Shown one piece after another: positions 15,446 to 24,917 of a DNA stretch of 32,000 bases (the first letter of the stretch is position 1; the number at the start of each line of letters is the position of its first letter). The notes below the pieces were generated by a model. It made no database searches. It saw only the letters and a program-made list of their open reading frames with translations, and was not told the DNA's origin. The stretch is from Acidothermus cellulolyticus 11B (lineage in GTDB: Bacteria; Actinomycetota; Actinomycetes; Acidothermales; Acidothermaceae). Location: the NCBI RefSeq assembly GCF_000015025.1, contig NC_008578.1:1590001-1622000 (forward strand), in the 5' to 3' direction. Both the position numbers and the translations under genes were made by a program.

Positions 15446-17116
15446 ATGGACGATCTGTGGGAGAAACATCGGCCGCTTCTCGACGACGCGTACCGCGCCT
15501 GGCGAACCCGCGACCACTGGTCGGCGTTCCCCGAATCACCGTCCCCGCGCGTCTGGGGGGAGAGCGCGGCTGCGGCCGGTCTCACAGCCTTCGAGGCCTA
15601 CCGGGGCGAGGCTTTCGCTCTTGACACCCCCGGCGCCGACGGATGGGTGGCACCCGAACAACCGCCCACCGGTATCGAGTGGGACATCCGCTATCCGCAC
15701 CTCACCAGCGACGGTGCTCCGCTCCTGGTCAGCGCTTCCCAGGCCGCCCTCCCCGCCTGGCGGGACGCCGGACCGCACCGACGTGCCGGTCTTGTCGTTG
15801 AAATTCTCCACCGGCTGGCGGAGCGCAGTTTTGAGCTCGCACACGCCGTCATGCACACGACGGGTCAAGGTTTCGTCATGGCTTTTCAAGCCGGGGCTGC
15901 GCACGCCCTCGACCGGGCTCTCGAGGCCGTCGCGGTCGCCGTCCATGAGATGACCGTGGTCCCCCCTGAAGCGGAGTGGGTCAAGCCGGCGGGCCGCGAC
16001 CGGTTCCAGCGGCTGCACAAGCGCTACCACATCGTGCCCCGCGGCATCGGCCTCGTCATCGGGTGCACCACATTCCCAACGTGGAACGGTTTTCCCGGAC
16101 TCTTCGCCAGTCTGGTCTGCGGAAATCCGGTCATTGTCAAGCCGCACCCGCACGCCGTCCTGCCGCTGGCCATCGCAGTGCGCATCGCCCGACAGACGCT
16201 CGCCGAGCACGGCTTCGACCCGAATCTGGTGACCCTCGCGGTCGAGGCGGATGGCGAGGGACTTGCCCGCGTGCTCGCAACCCAGACCGACGTCCGGATC
16301 ATCGACTACACCGGATCGTCGGCGTTCGGCGCCTGGTTGGAAGAAAACGCCCGGCATGCCGTGGTGTACGCCGAGAAATCCGCGGTGAATTGCGCCCTGC
16401 TCGAATCGACCGACAATTTCACCGGCATGACGGCGAATCTCGCGTATTCCCTCGCGTTGTACAGCGGGCAGATGTGCACGACGCCGCGGGTTTTCCTCGT
16501 ACCGGCCGGGGGAATCGCCACCGACGTCGGGAAGCGCGGCGTTGACGACATCGTCGCCGCGCTGCGTACCGCCCTCGCCGACCTCACCGCCGAGCCGAAA
16601 CGCGCCGCCGCGCTGCTAGGGGCAATCGTCGACGGGCGGGTCGCCGCCCGCGTCGAGGAGGCCATGCACCGGGAGGACGTCGCGATTCCGTCCCGACGGC
16701 TGGAGCATCCCGATTTCCCCGCCGCGTTGGTGCGGACACCGGTGGTGCTCCGCACCCGATTCGATGCCGACGACGCCTACCGCGCCGAGTGGTTCGGGCC
16801 CATCGCCTTCATTGTCGAAACCCCGTCGCCGGAGGTGAGTCTGACCCTGTGGGAGGACATCACACAGCACAGCGGCGGGCTCACCGCCTCGGTGTATTCG
16901 ACCGATCCTGCCTTCCTGCGGCAGGCGGAGGAGATAGCGACGCGCACCGGTGTGCTGACCGCGCTGAATTTCACCGCCGACACCTACGTCAACCAGACGG
17001 CCGCATTCTCGGATTTCCACGGAAGCGCGGCGAACCGTGCCGCGACCGCCGCGATGACGGATCCGGCCTTCGTCACCCACCGGTTCCACATCGCCGAGAT
17101 AAGGCAGCCGCGGTGA
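15446..17116 (+). CDS. paaN: phenylacetic acid degradation protein PaaN (aldehyde dehydrogenase family ring-opening enzyme)
   Basis: 556 aa, with RBS GAGGGAG before the ATG. The N-terminal WSAFPESPSPRVWGE block is typical of PaaN. ALDH-like catalytic Cys in YSGQMCTTPR. It sits in the paa gene context. Confidence 0.88.
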   Translation: MDDLWEKHRPLLDDAYRAWRTRDHWSAFPESPSPRVWGESAAAAGLTAFEAYRGEAFALDTPGADGWVAPEQPPTGIEWDIRYPHLTSDGAPLLVSASQAALPAWRDAGPHRRAGLVVEILHRLAERSFELAHAVMHTTGQGFVMAFQAGAAHALDRALEAVAVAVHEMTVVPPEAEWVKPAGRDRFQRLHKRYHIVPRGIGLVIGCTTFPTWNGFPGLFASLVCGNPVIVKPHPHAVLPLAIAVRIARQTLAEHGFDPNLVTLAVEADGEGLARVLATQTDVRIIDYTGSSAFGAWLEENARHAVVYAEKSAVNCALLESTDNFTGMTANLAYSLALYSGQMCTTPRVFLVPAGGIATDVGKRGVDDIVAALRTALADLTAEPKRAAALLGAIVDGRVAARVEEAMHREDVAIPSRRLEHPDFPAALVRTPVVLRTRFDADDAYRAEWFGPIAFIVETPSPEVSLTLWEDITQHSGGLTASVYSTDPAFLRQAEEIATRTGVLTALNFTADTYVNQTAAFSDFHGSAANRAATAAMTDPAFVTHRFHIAEIRQPR

Positions 17117-17706
17117 CGGCGAGCGGCCGCTCCCCGACGCGGCGGGCCCGGTATGACCGCGCCTCACTGCTCGATGTCGCGGTCCGGGTCTTTCTCGAAC
17201 GCGGCTACGACGGGACGAGCATGGCTGACCTCGCGCAGGCCGCCGGCATCACCAAGTCGTCGTTCTACCACCATGTCCCCAGCAAGGAGGCACTCCTGCA
17301 GGCGGCGTGCGACCGAGCCCTTGACGCACTCGACAGAGTGCGCCGGAGTCTGCCGGCCGGACATGCCATCGAGCAATTCGAATATGTGCTGCGGGCGACC
17401 ATTCACGCCCTGGTGACCGAACTCCCGTACGTGACGGTTCTTTTACGGGTGCGGGGAAATACCACGGTGGAACGCGACGCGTTACGGCGTCGCCGGGAAT
17501 TCGACCGGTTTGTCGCCGATCTGCTCGGCAGGGCCGCCGCGGACGGTGCGTTGCGGTCCGACATCGACCCACTGCTGGCCACCCGGCTGGTCTTCGGTCT
17601 GGTGAATTCCATCGCCGAGTGGTACCGCGCCGATGGCCGCCTCACCGCAGACCAACTCGGCGACACCGTCGTACGCCTGGTCATGGACGGGCTGCGTGGT
17701 GACTAG
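17113..17706 (+). CDS. paaR: TetR family transcriptional regulator, probable PaaR
   Basis: GTG 17113 overlaps the paaN stop (GTGA). TetR HTH: ASLLDVAVRVFLERGYDGTSMADLAQAAGITKSSFYHHVPSKEALL. Position between paaN and the paaABCDE operon, with two matching palindromes in the locus. Confidence 0.8.
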   Translation: MTASGRSPTRRARYDRASLLDVAVRVFLERGYDGTSMADLAQAAGITKSSFYHHVPSKEALLQAACDRALDALDRVRRSLPAGHAIEQFEYVLRATIHALVTELPYVTVLLRVRGNTTVERDALRRRREFDRFVADLLGRAAADGALRSDIDPLLATRLVFGLVNSIAEWYRADGRLTADQLGDTVVRLVMDGLRGD

Positions 17707-18373
17707 CGGCGAGACGGCGGGCCCGGCCTTGGTGACCTTTGGCCACGGCACAGCGTCCCGCGACCAAATCGTCGAACTGCTCCAGAGCGCCGGCATTCGC
17801 CTGGTGGTGGATATTCGCACCGCACCCGGCAGCCGGCGCGTTCCGCACGTCGCGCGCACCGAACTTGAGCGTTGGCTTCCCGAGGCCGGCATCGCCTACC
17901 GCTGGGAGAAACGGCTCGGTGGATTCCGCCGGCCGGCGCCGGACAGTCCGGACGTCGTGTGGCGGAACGCGTCGTTCCGGGGCTACGCCGGATACACCCG
18001 CACCGAGCCGTTTCGTATCGCGCTGGAGGAAGTCCTGGCCGCCGCAGCACGGCGGCCGACCGCGGTGATGTGCGCCGAGAGCGTGTGGTGGCGGTGCCAT
18101 CGGCGGATCGTCGCCGATGTCGTCATGGTGGGATACGGCTGGCGGGTCGTGCACCTCGGCCACGACGGTCGGTTGACCGAACACGTTCCGACGGAAGGCG
18201 TACGGCGGCGTCCCGACGGGCTGCTCGTCTACGACGCCGGCACGCTGGACGCCGAACCCGCCGACGCCGAGGTCCGTGCGACACCCGACGCTTTTGCGAC
18301 GCCCGACGCTTTTGCCTCACCCGACGTTTTTGCCTCGCCGCGCAGCGCCGGTGATCCGGCACCCCGCTGGTGA
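17696..18373 (+). CDS. DUF488 family protein with a C-terminal (T/S)PDAFA repeat tail
   Basis: The start GTG 17696 overlaps the paaR 3' end by 11 nt. DUF488-like blocks: LVTFGHGT, LVVDIRTAPGSRR.P, VMCAESVWWRCHRRIVAD. The tail is TPDAFATPDAFASPDVFASP. Confidence 0.78.
   Translation: MVTSGETAGPALVTFGHGTASRDQIVELLQSAGIRLVVDIRTAPGSRRVPHVARTELERWLPEAGIAYRWEKRLGGFRRPAPDSPDVVWRNASFRGYAGYTRTEPFRIALEEVLAAAARRPTAVMCAESVWWRCHRRIVADVVMVGYGWRVVHLGHDGRLTEHVPTEGVRRRPDGLLVYDAGTLDAEPADAEVRATPDAFATPDAFASPDVFASPRSAGDPAPRW
18281..18334. repeat. 18-bp tandem repeat x3 (ACNCCCGACGCTTTTGCN), in frame at the DUF488 3' end
   Basis: Read directly. Units lie at 18281, 18299 and 18317 with a few substitutions. It encodes TPDAFA / TPDAFA / SPDVFA. 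Confidence 0.9.
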
Positions 18374-18432
18374 TCCGGCACCCCACCGGTCGGGGCGAAC
18401 CGGGGCCGCTTGGGATGCGCGAGACTTGTGGC

Positions 18433-18996
18433 ATGGCAGAGGGCCAACCGGATTTCTGGCGGGCGCTCGGCCTGCTGCGCCTCGACCGGCAGGCCGGCCT
18501 CACGGAATTGGACAAACTGCTGCGCGCCGGGTCGGTACCGCCGCTCCCGGACGGCGAATTCACCATCCGGCTGGTGGCACTGACCGTCGGCTACGGTCTC
18601 GACCCCGTGCTCGAGGCACTTGCAGGCTGGCTGTTCCCCTGGCAGGGATTGCGTTTCTCCGCCTCCACCGGACGCGGTCACACCATCGCCAAGGCGGGTG
18701 CCGTCGGACTGCTCCGGCTCTTTGCGCCCCACCATCCGTCGATCGATGAGGGCCCCGGACGGGTTGGGATTGCGCCGTTCACGGCGACGATCGGACCGAG
18801 CCTCCTGGTTCCGGGGCGGGAGGTGCTGCGGCTGGACTACCGTTCGGCGCCGGAGAACCGGCTCTGGCCATTCCGAGACCTCGTCGACGAGGTGGTGGAC
18901 ATCGGCGAACGCCTCCTCGGGCAGGCGCTTGTCACGAGCCGAGGCCGGATCCGCCGGATCGGCTGGTTCACCCTGCAGCAGCGTGCGGCCGGATAG
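18433..18996 (+). CDS. hypothetical protein (faint resemblance to GXWXG/DUF4334-type proteins)
   Basis: The ORF 18370..18996 overlaps the DUF488 stop. I prefer ATG 18433 (MAEGQPDFW...). Alternative starts are 18415 and 18370. The motifs FPWQGLRF and LRLDYRS...RDLVDEVVDIGERLLG loosely recall the GXWXG + DUF4334 architecture. That similarity is unverified. Confidence 0.55.
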   Translation: MAEGQPDFWRALGLLRLDRQAGLTELDKLLRAGSVPPLPDGEFTIRLVALTVGYGLDPVLEALAGWLFPWQGLRFSASTGRGHTIAKAGAVGLLRLFAPHHPSIDEGPGRVGIAPFTATIGPSLLVPGREVLRLDYRSAPENRLWPFRDLVDEVVDIGERLLGQALVTSRGRIRRIGWFTLQQRAAG

Positions 18997-19086
18997 CGCG
19001 CCGGTGATGCCGCCGGCGTGAGCAGCATTCGCCGCGTCACACCCAGGACCCTTCGCGCCGCACGGCCCAGCGGACGCCGGACGCGC

Positions 19087-20136
19087 CTACGCGTCGTAAT
19101 CCAGCGAAATCCGCGGTGTCCGCGGCATGGCTTGGCACGTGAGGACGAACCCGGCCGCCCGGTCCGCCTCGTCGAGGGCGTAACACTGGCGCATCACGAC
19201 GTCGCCCGCCACGAGCCGCGCCCTGCACGTCCCGCACATGCCGTTGGTGCAGCCGTACGGTACGTCGGCGCGTACGGGAAGCACCGCGTGCAGGACGTCC
19301 TGGTCGTACCCGACGTGCACCTCCGTTGTCCGCCCGCCGAGCCGGACCTGCACCGTCGCGACGCCCGTTTCGGTCTGCGGTATCCGCGGTGCGGTGACGG
19401 TGTCGACGTGAAAAAGCTCGGTGTGCACCCGCTCGGCGGGTACGCCGCGGGACCGTAATTCCGCCCGGGCCGCCTCGATCACGCCGAGCGGACCGCACAC
19501 GAACCACTCGTCCGTACGCTCAACGAATCCGAAGGCGTCCAGCAAGGCAGCGATTTTCGCCCGGTCCAAGCGGCCGGTGAGCAGCTCCGATTCGCGGGGT
19601 TCGCGGGAGAAGACGTGCACCACCTCGAGCCGGTCGGGATAACGGTCCTTCAGGTCGGCAATCTCGTCGAGAAACATGACGCTCGCCGTGCTGCGGTTTC
19701 CGTACACCAGTTGGAAAACCGCCGCTGAATCGGCCGCCAAGGCAGCCGCCATCATGGAGAGAACAGGGGTGATTCCGCTGCCGGCGCAGACCGCCGTACG
19801 CCGGCGAATACCCGGATCCGGGCTGGGAACGAACCGCCCGGTCGGGGTCATCACGTCGACGACGTCACCGGGTCGCATTTCCTCCATCACGTACCGAGAG
19901 AAAACCCCGTTAGGAATGCGTTTCACGCCGATGCGGAGGGTCGGCGGCGGGGAGCAGAGGGAGTAGGCGCGCCGCTTGTCGTCGCCTGCAGCCGGACAAC
20001 GCACGATGACGTGCTGGCCGGGAAGGAAGCGATACTCGTCAGCGAGTGCCGCGGGCACCTCGAAGGTCACCGCCGCGGCGTCCTCGGTGAGCCGGTCGAT
20101 GGCCGCGACCCGAAGGGCATGAAATCGACCCGCCAC
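19087..20136 (-). CDS. paaE: phenylacetate-CoA oxygenase/reductase subunit PaaE (FAD/NAD(P)-binding plus 2Fe-2S ferredoxin domain)
   Basis: RAYSLCS flavin motif, GSGITP nucleotide motif, C-terminal plant-type ferredoxin cysteines CTNGMCGTCRARL...C. GTG start 4 nt after the paaD stop. Confidence 0.9.
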   Translation of the reverse strand: MAGRFHALRVAAIDRLTEDAAAVTFEVPAALADEYRFLPGQHVIVRCPAAGDDKRRAYSLCSPPPTLRIGVKRIPNGVFSRYVMEEMRPGDVVDVMTPTGRFVPSPDPGIRRRTAVCAGSGITPVLSMMAAALAADSAAVFQLVYGNRSTASVMFLDEIADLKDRYPDRLEVVHVFSREPRESELLTGRLDRAKIAALLDAFGFVERTDEWFVCGPLGVIEAARAELRSRGVPAERVHTELFHVDTVTAPRIPQTETGVATVQVRLGGRTTEVHVGYDQDVLHAVLPVRADVPYGCTNGMCGTCRARLVAGDVVMRQCYALDEADRAAGFVLTCQAMPRTPRISLDYDA

Positions 20137-20140
20137 GGGC

Positions 20141-20590
20141 TCAGTGCGGTTTCATCGCCGGAAACGGCTCGCGGCAGCTGGTACAGCGCCGCAGCGACTG
20201 GCACAGGGTGGCCCCGAACGCGCTCAGCACCTCGGTGTGCGGCGAACCGCACTGCGGGCAGGCGGGTGCGTCGGCCGATGGTGGGGCGATGCCTGCCGCG
20301 GCAAGCTTTCGCCGTCCCTCCGCGCTGATGTCGCCGGTCCCCCACGGCGGCGCGAAGACCACCGAGACCTTCCCGTCCGGAAATCCGGCGTCCTCCAGCA
20401 CCCGGCGGATCTCCGTCCGGATGACGTCCAGCGCCGGGCAGCCGACGTAGGTCGGCGTTATCCGCACCTCGACGGACGGACCGTCGGTCCGTACCTCGCG
20501 AAGAATTCCTAAGTCGCCGATGGTGACGACCGGCAATTCCGGATCGGGAATGCCGGCGATCCGCTCGCGCAGTTCAGGCAGGCTCACCAT
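20141..20590 (-). CDS. paaD: phenylacetate-CoA oxygenase subunit PaaD
   Basis: I trimmed the start to ATG 20590 (MVSLPELRERIAGIPDPELPVVTIGDLGILREV), which overlaps the paaC stop (ATGGTGA). It has a DUF59-like N-terminus and a C-terminal Cys4 (CPQCGS...CTSC). Confidence 0.88.
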   Translation of the reverse strand: MVSLPELRERIAGIPDPELPVVTIGDLGILREVRTDGPSVEVRITPTYVGCPALDVIRTEIRRVLEDAGFPDGKVSVVFAPPWGTGDISAEGRRKLAAAGIAPPSADAPACPQCGSPHTEVLSAFGATLCQSLRRCTSCREPFPAMKPH

Positions 20591-21342
20591 GATGCGTCCG
20601 GGTGCAAGCGGTGCAGGTACTGCATTTCGGCGAGCAGGTATCCGAAGCACTCGGTGTGCACGCCGCGGCGGCCGCCGTACGACGCCCAGATGAGTTCGGG
20701 TTTACGGAGCGTCGCCTCCCGCAGCACGTCGTCGATGGCCTGCTCCCACCGGGGCCGGAGAACGGACGGGTCGACGCCGATGCCGCGGGCGGCAAGCGCG
20801 CGGGTGACCTCGTCGGACTCGAACAATTCCGGGGTGAACGGCCAGAACCGGTCGACCGCGGCCTGCATGCGGCGGTGACTCTCCTCCGTACCATCGCCGA
20901 GCCGCAACGTCCACTGCTGCGCGTGGTCGCGATGGTACGCCGCCTCCTTCACGCCCTTAGCCGCGACGCCGGCGAGGACGTCGTCCTTTGATGAGATCAG
21001 CTCCTCGTACAGCGCGAGCTGGTAGGTGCTGAAGAACAACTGCCGGGCGATGGTGTGCGCAAAGTCGCCGTTCTCCTGTTCGACAAGGTGGACATTGAGA
21101 AATTCCGGTTCGGTCCGCAGATACGCAAGGTCATCCTCGTCACGGCCGGCGCCCTCCACCTTGCCGGCGTAATCGAGCAGCACGCGCGCCTGGCCAAGGA
21201 GATCCAAGGCGATGTTCGTCAACGCGATGTCCTCTTCGATCTCCGGCGCGCGCGACGCCCACTCCGACAACCGCTGCGCGAGAATCAGTGCGTCGTCACC
21301 GAGGCGCAGCGTGTATGTGAAGAGCAACGGATCGGTAGTCAC
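20584..21342 (-). CDS. paaC: phenylacetate-CoA oxygenase subunit PaaC
   Basis: 252 aa. The GTG start overlaps the paaB stop (GTGA). Ferritin-like helical protein with the PaaC-type opening TYTLRLGDDALILAQRLSEW. Confidence 0.88.
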   Translation of the reverse strand: MTTDPLLFTYTLRLGDDALILAQRLSEWASRAPEIEEDIALTNIALDLLGQARVLLDYAGKVEGAGRDEDDLAYLRTEPEFLNVHLVEQENGDFAHTIARQLFFSTYQLALYEELISSKDDVLAGVAAKGVKEAAYHRDHAQQWTLRLGDGTEESHRRMQAAVDRFWPFTPELFESDEVTRALAARGIGVDPSVLRPRWEQAIDDVLREATLRKPELIWASYGGRRGVHTECFGYLLAEMQYLHRLHPDASW

Positions 21343-21632
21343 ATCTGCCGCACCTCCTCCGGTAACGAGTAAAACGTCGGATGCCGATAGACCTTATCCG
21401 CCGCCGGATCGAAGAACGGATCCTTCTCCTCCGGACTCGAGGCCACGATGTCCTTCGAGGCGATAACCCAGATGCTCACGCCCTCGCCCCGTCGAGTGTA
21501 GACGTCCCGGGCATTGCGCAAGGCCATCGCCGCGTCGGGGGCATGAACGCTCCCGGCATGCACGTGGGCCAGCCCACGCCGGGGCCGGATGAAGACTTCC
21601 CACAACGGCCATTCCGCCGAGGTTGCCATCAT
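21339..21632 (-). CDS. paaB: phenylacetate-CoA oxygenase subunit PaaB
   Basis: I trimmed the start to ATG 21632, which overlaps the paaA stop (ATGA). The 97-aa product has the PaaB signature [22 protein letters not shown]...[11 protein letters not shown]. Confidence 0.9.
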   Translation of the reverse strand: MMATSAEWPLWEVFIRPRRGLAHVHAGSVHAPDAAMALRNARDVYTRRGEGVSIWVIASKDIVASSPEEKDPFFDPAADKVYRHPTFYSLPEEVRQM

Positions 21633-22591
21633 GCCGCCGTCCGCTGCCCGTGCTTGGCGGCGTACGCCGCCGCCGCCTCCCGCACCCACGCCCCCGCGGT
21701 GTACGCCTCGATCCGGTGACGCAACCGCTGCTCGTTGCATGGGCCGCCGCCGCCGATGACTCGGTAGAACTCCGACCAGTCAATCGGTCCAAAGTCGTAG
21801 TGGCCCCGCTCGGGATTCCAGCGCAGCTGCGGGTCAGGCAGGGTGAGACCGAGAACCGCCGCCTGCGGCACAATCATGTCGACGAATTTCTGCCGCAATT
21901 CGTCGTTGGTGAACCGCTTGATTCCCCAGGCCATCGACTGCGCAGTATGCGGGGATTGGTCATCCGGCGGACCGAACATCATGAGGCTCGGCCACCACCA
22001 GCGGTTGACCGCGTCTTGCGCCATCTCGTGCTGCGCGGGCGTGCCGTGGCTCAACCGGTAGAGGATGTCAAAGCCCTGACGCTGATGGAACGATTCCTCC
22101 TTACAGATTCGGATCATCGCGCGGGCGTACGGCCCGTACGAGCACCGGCAGAGCGGCACCTGGTTGGTGATCGCCGCACCGTCGACCAGCCACCCGATAG
22201 CGCCGACGTCCGCCCAGGTAAGGGTCGGGTAGTTGAAAATGCTGGAGTACTTCTGCTTGCGGCTGTGCAGGAGCTCGAAGAGCTCGGCGCGGCTGACACC
22301 GAGCGTCTCCGCCGCAGCGTAAAGGTAGAGTCCGTGACCGGCTTCGTCTTGGACCTTGGCTAGGAGGATCGCTTTGCGGAGCAGCGAGGGCGCCCTCGTG
22401 ATCCAGTTCGCCTCCGGTTGCATCCCGATGATCTCTGAGTGGGCATGCTGCGCGATCTGACGAATCAGGGTCTGGCGATACCCGTCGGGCATCCAGTCCC
22501 GCGGTTCGATCCGCTCATTCGCTGCGATCGTCGCTTCGAATCGGGCCGTCAACTCGTCCAAGCCGGCCGCGGTGGGGTCGTCGGCTGCCAC
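21629..22591 (-). CDS. paaA: phenylacetate-CoA oxygenase catalytic subunit PaaA
   Basis: I trimmed the start to GTG 22591, which has a strong RBS (GAGAGGAGGAGTGCCGTG). This gives a 320-aa product of typical PaaA length. Conserved block [34 protein letters not shown]. The longest ORF runs to 22729. Confidence 0.9.
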   Translation of the reverse strand: MAADDPTAAGLDELTARFEATIAANERIEPRDWMPDGYRQTLIRQIAQHAHSEIIGMQPEANWITRAPSLLRKAILLAKVQDEAGHGLYLYAAAETLGVSRAELFELLHSRKQKYSSIFNYPTLTWADVGAIGWLVDGAAITNQVPLCRCSYGPYARAMIRICKEESFHQRQGFDILYRLSHGTPAQHEMAQDAVNRWWWPSLMMFGPPDDQSPHTAQSMAWGIKRFTNDELRQKFVDMIVPQAAVLGLTLPDPQLRWNPERGHYDFGPIDWSEFYRVIGGGGPCNEQRLRHRIEAYTAGAWVREAAAAYAAKHGQRTAA

Positions 22592-22607
22592 GGCACTCCT
22601 CCTCTCG

Positions 22608-22631
22608 TCAACCGACCGAATGTTCGGTTGA
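22608..22631. promoter_or_regulatory. PaaR-type operator candidate in the paaA/dinB divergent region (TCAACCGA-N8-TCGGTTGA; core ACCGAATGTTCGGT)
   Basis: Read directly. The outer 8-bp arms are perfectly complementary. The inner 14-bp core at 22615..22628 is ACCGAA-TG-TTCGGT, which is the core of the 15272 palindrome with a single central change (CG to TG). It lies about 16 nt upstream of the paaA RBS. Confidence 0.6.
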
Positions 22632-22685
22632 CGGGCTGGTTTCTTCAGGGTATGCCGGGCGCCAGGAACCGGCAAGGAAACCAGA

Positions 22686-24086
22686 GTGGACGGCATCGTG
22701 TCCTGGCCTGGTGAGGAGTCGTCGATCACGTCCCGCCCGGCGCGGCGCCTGCGGACGAGCCCGTCGGTGTTGCACGCCGATGTCGACGCGTTCTACGCCG
22801 CGGTCGAGCAGCGGGACAAACCCTCGCTTCGCGGCCATCCGGTTATCGTCGGGGGTCTTGGTCCGCGCGGTGTCGTCGCTACCGCGAGTTACGAGGCGCG
22901 CCGGTACGGCGTCCGGTCGGCGATGTCCATGGTCGAAGCGCGGGCCCGGTGCCCGCAGGCCGCCTTCCTCGCCCCCCGCTTTGCGGTGTACCGCGCGGTC
23001 AGCGCGCAGATCATGGATATTTTTGCGGAATTCTCCGCTCTGGTTGAACCACTCTCGCTCGACGAGGCTTACCTCGACATCGCCACCTCTGCTCACGAGC
23101 CGATCTCGACCGAGGCAGCGGTGGAAATCGCCCGGCGTATCAAGGAGAAGGTGCGAGCGGTCACCGGTTTGTCGATTTCCGTCGGAGCCGGGAATTCCAA
23201 ATTGGTGGCCAAAATCGCCTCCGACCTCGACAAGCCTGATGGACTGCGCGTCGTACCGGCCGGCGCCGAGGCGGATTTTCTCGCCCCGCTTCCGGTGACC
23301 CGGATTCCCGGGGTCGGCCCGGCTACGGCAGCCCGATTGCACAACGTCGGTGTCCACACCATCGGGGAGCTGGCTGCCCTCTCCGAGGAGGAAGCCGCGA
23401 ACCTCCTCGGCCGTGCGCACGGCCGTCACCTGTGGGCCCTCGCGCACGGTTGGGATGACCGGGCTGTCTGCGCGGACCGCGCGGCGAAATCCGTGAGCGT
23501 GGAGGACACCTTCGACCAGGACATTGCCGACCCGGGGCGGCTGCGGATCGTGGTCCGCGCGATGGCGGAGCGCGTCGTCGAGCGGCTCCGGGCGCACACG
23601 CTCTCCGGCCGCACGATCTCGGTCAAGGTCCGGCTCACCGATTTCACCACCCTGACCCGGTCGGCAACCCTGCCGGCCCCGACCGACGACGTCCGGGTCG
23701 TCCGCCGGCTGGCGGAACGACTGCTCACCGAGGTGGATACCAGCTCCGGGGTGCGGTTGATCGGTGTCGGCATATCCGGCCTGACCGATTGGGTGCAGCT
23801 CAACCTCTTCGCCGACGACCGTGGCGGCCGCCCAACCGGCGGCGCCGGTGAGGTCAGCACCGGCACGCCGGGCACGGCGTCACCGATGCACACTGATCCG
23901 CCCGCGTCTGCGGTGCCGTGGACACCCGGGCAGGACGTCGTCCACCGTCGGTACGGCCCCGGCTGGGTCCAGGGCTCCGGCCGGGGGTGGGTCACCGTCC
24001 GCTTCGAAACCCGTGACACCCCGGTCGGTCCCGTGCGCAGCTTCCGGGACGCCGATCCGGAGTTGCACCCGGCGGAATCTCCGTGA
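22686..24086 (+). CDS. dinB: DNA polymerase IV (Y-family, DinB) with a C-terminal extension of about 90 aa
   Basis: [40 protein letters not shown] and [16 protein letters not shown] blocks. GTG start with AAGGAAA upstream. At 466 aa it is longer than the typical DinB of about 350-400 aa. Confidence 0.9.
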   Translation: MDGIVSWPGEESSITSRPARRLRTSPSVLHADVDAFYAAVEQRDKPSLRGHPVIVGGLGPRGVVATASYEARRYGVRSAMSMVEARARCPQAAFLAPRFAVYRAVSAQIMDIFAEFSALVEPLSLDEAYLDIATSAHEPISTEAAVEIARRIKEKVRAVTGLSISVGAGNSKLVAKIASDLDKPDGLRVVPAGAEADFLAPLPVTRIPGVGPATAARLHNVGVHTIGELAALSEEEAANLLGRAHGRHLWALAHGWDDRAVCADRAAKSVSVEDTFDQDIADPGRLRIVVRAMAERVVERLRAHTLSGRTISVKVRLTDFTTLTRSATLPAPTDDVRVVRRLAERLLTEVDTSSGVRLIGVGISGLTDWVQLNLFADDRGGRPTGGAGEVSTGTPGTASPMHTDPPASAVPWTPGQDVVHRRYGPGWVQGSGRGWVTVRFETRDTPVGPVRSFRDADPELHPAESP

Positions 24087-24155
24087 CGAACAGCGATCCT
24101 GTGGTGCACCCGGCGGAACCCCGCGCGGGAGGACGGCCACGTAGGCTGTCTCGGC

Positions 24156-24896
24156 GTGGAAGTGCACCGCGTCCTGTTGGACGGCGAGGACGCGCCGGTG
24201 CCGGCGTACGAAGCAGTTCCGGCTGACCGGCGGGGAGGCATCATCGTCGTCCACGAAGCGTTCGGCCTCACCGACTACATCCGCGGCGTCTGCGCCGCCT
24301 TGGCCGAGGACGGATTTCACGCTATCGCGCCGAACCTCTTCCACCGCCACGGCATCGACGCCATCAGCTACGACGATCTCAACAAGGCGAAGGACGTCAT
24401 GGCACAACTGGCGGCCGACCAGATTCGCGCGGATATCCGCAGCGCCGTGCAACGACTCGGTGCCGCCGGACTGACCGACCGCTCTGTCGGCATTCTCGGA
24501 TTCTGCATGGGCGGGTCGATCGCGTGCGCCGTCGCGACCGAACAGGCGTTCGGTGCCGCCGTCACGTTCTACGGTGCCGGAATCCGGCAGGGACGTTTCG
24601 GCTTCGCCCCGCTCGCGGACCGTGTCCCGCTGCTGCGTACCCCGTGGCTGGGCCTGTACGGCGACCGCGATACGACGATCCCTGTCGCGGACATCGAATT
24701 CCTGCGCAGCGAAGCAGCACGCGCACCGGTGCCGACCGCGGTTGTCCGCTATCCGGAAGCAGGTCACGGTTTTCACTGCTCAGCCCGGCCGGCTCATTTC
24801 CATCAACCGTCGGCGGCGGACGCGTGGGAACGGACGCGTGACTGGTTCAACCGCTACCTCAACCCCGCCGGGCTGCCGACCGGACCTGCCGGTTAG
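24156..24896 (+). CDS. dienelactone hydrolase family protein (second paralogue in the window)
   Basis: 246 aa. IIVVHEAFGLTDY, nucleophile elbow GFCMGG, C-terminal AGHGF. The GTG start is uncertain because the RBS is weak. Confidence 0.82.
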   Translation: MEVHRVLLDGEDAPVPAYEAVPADRRGGIIVVHEAFGLTDYIRGVCAALAEDGFHAIAPNLFHRHGIDAISYDDLNKAKDVMAQLAADQIRADIRSAVQRLGAAGLTDRSVGILGFCMGGSIACAVATEQAFGAAVTFYGAGIRQGRFGFAPLADRVPLLRTPWLGLYGDRDTTIPVADIEFLRSEAARAPVPTAVVRYPEAGHGFHCSARPAHFHQPSAADAWERTRDWFNRYLNPAGLPTGPAG

Positions 24897-24917
24897 CGCT
24901 CTCCCCACTCCGCGCGG

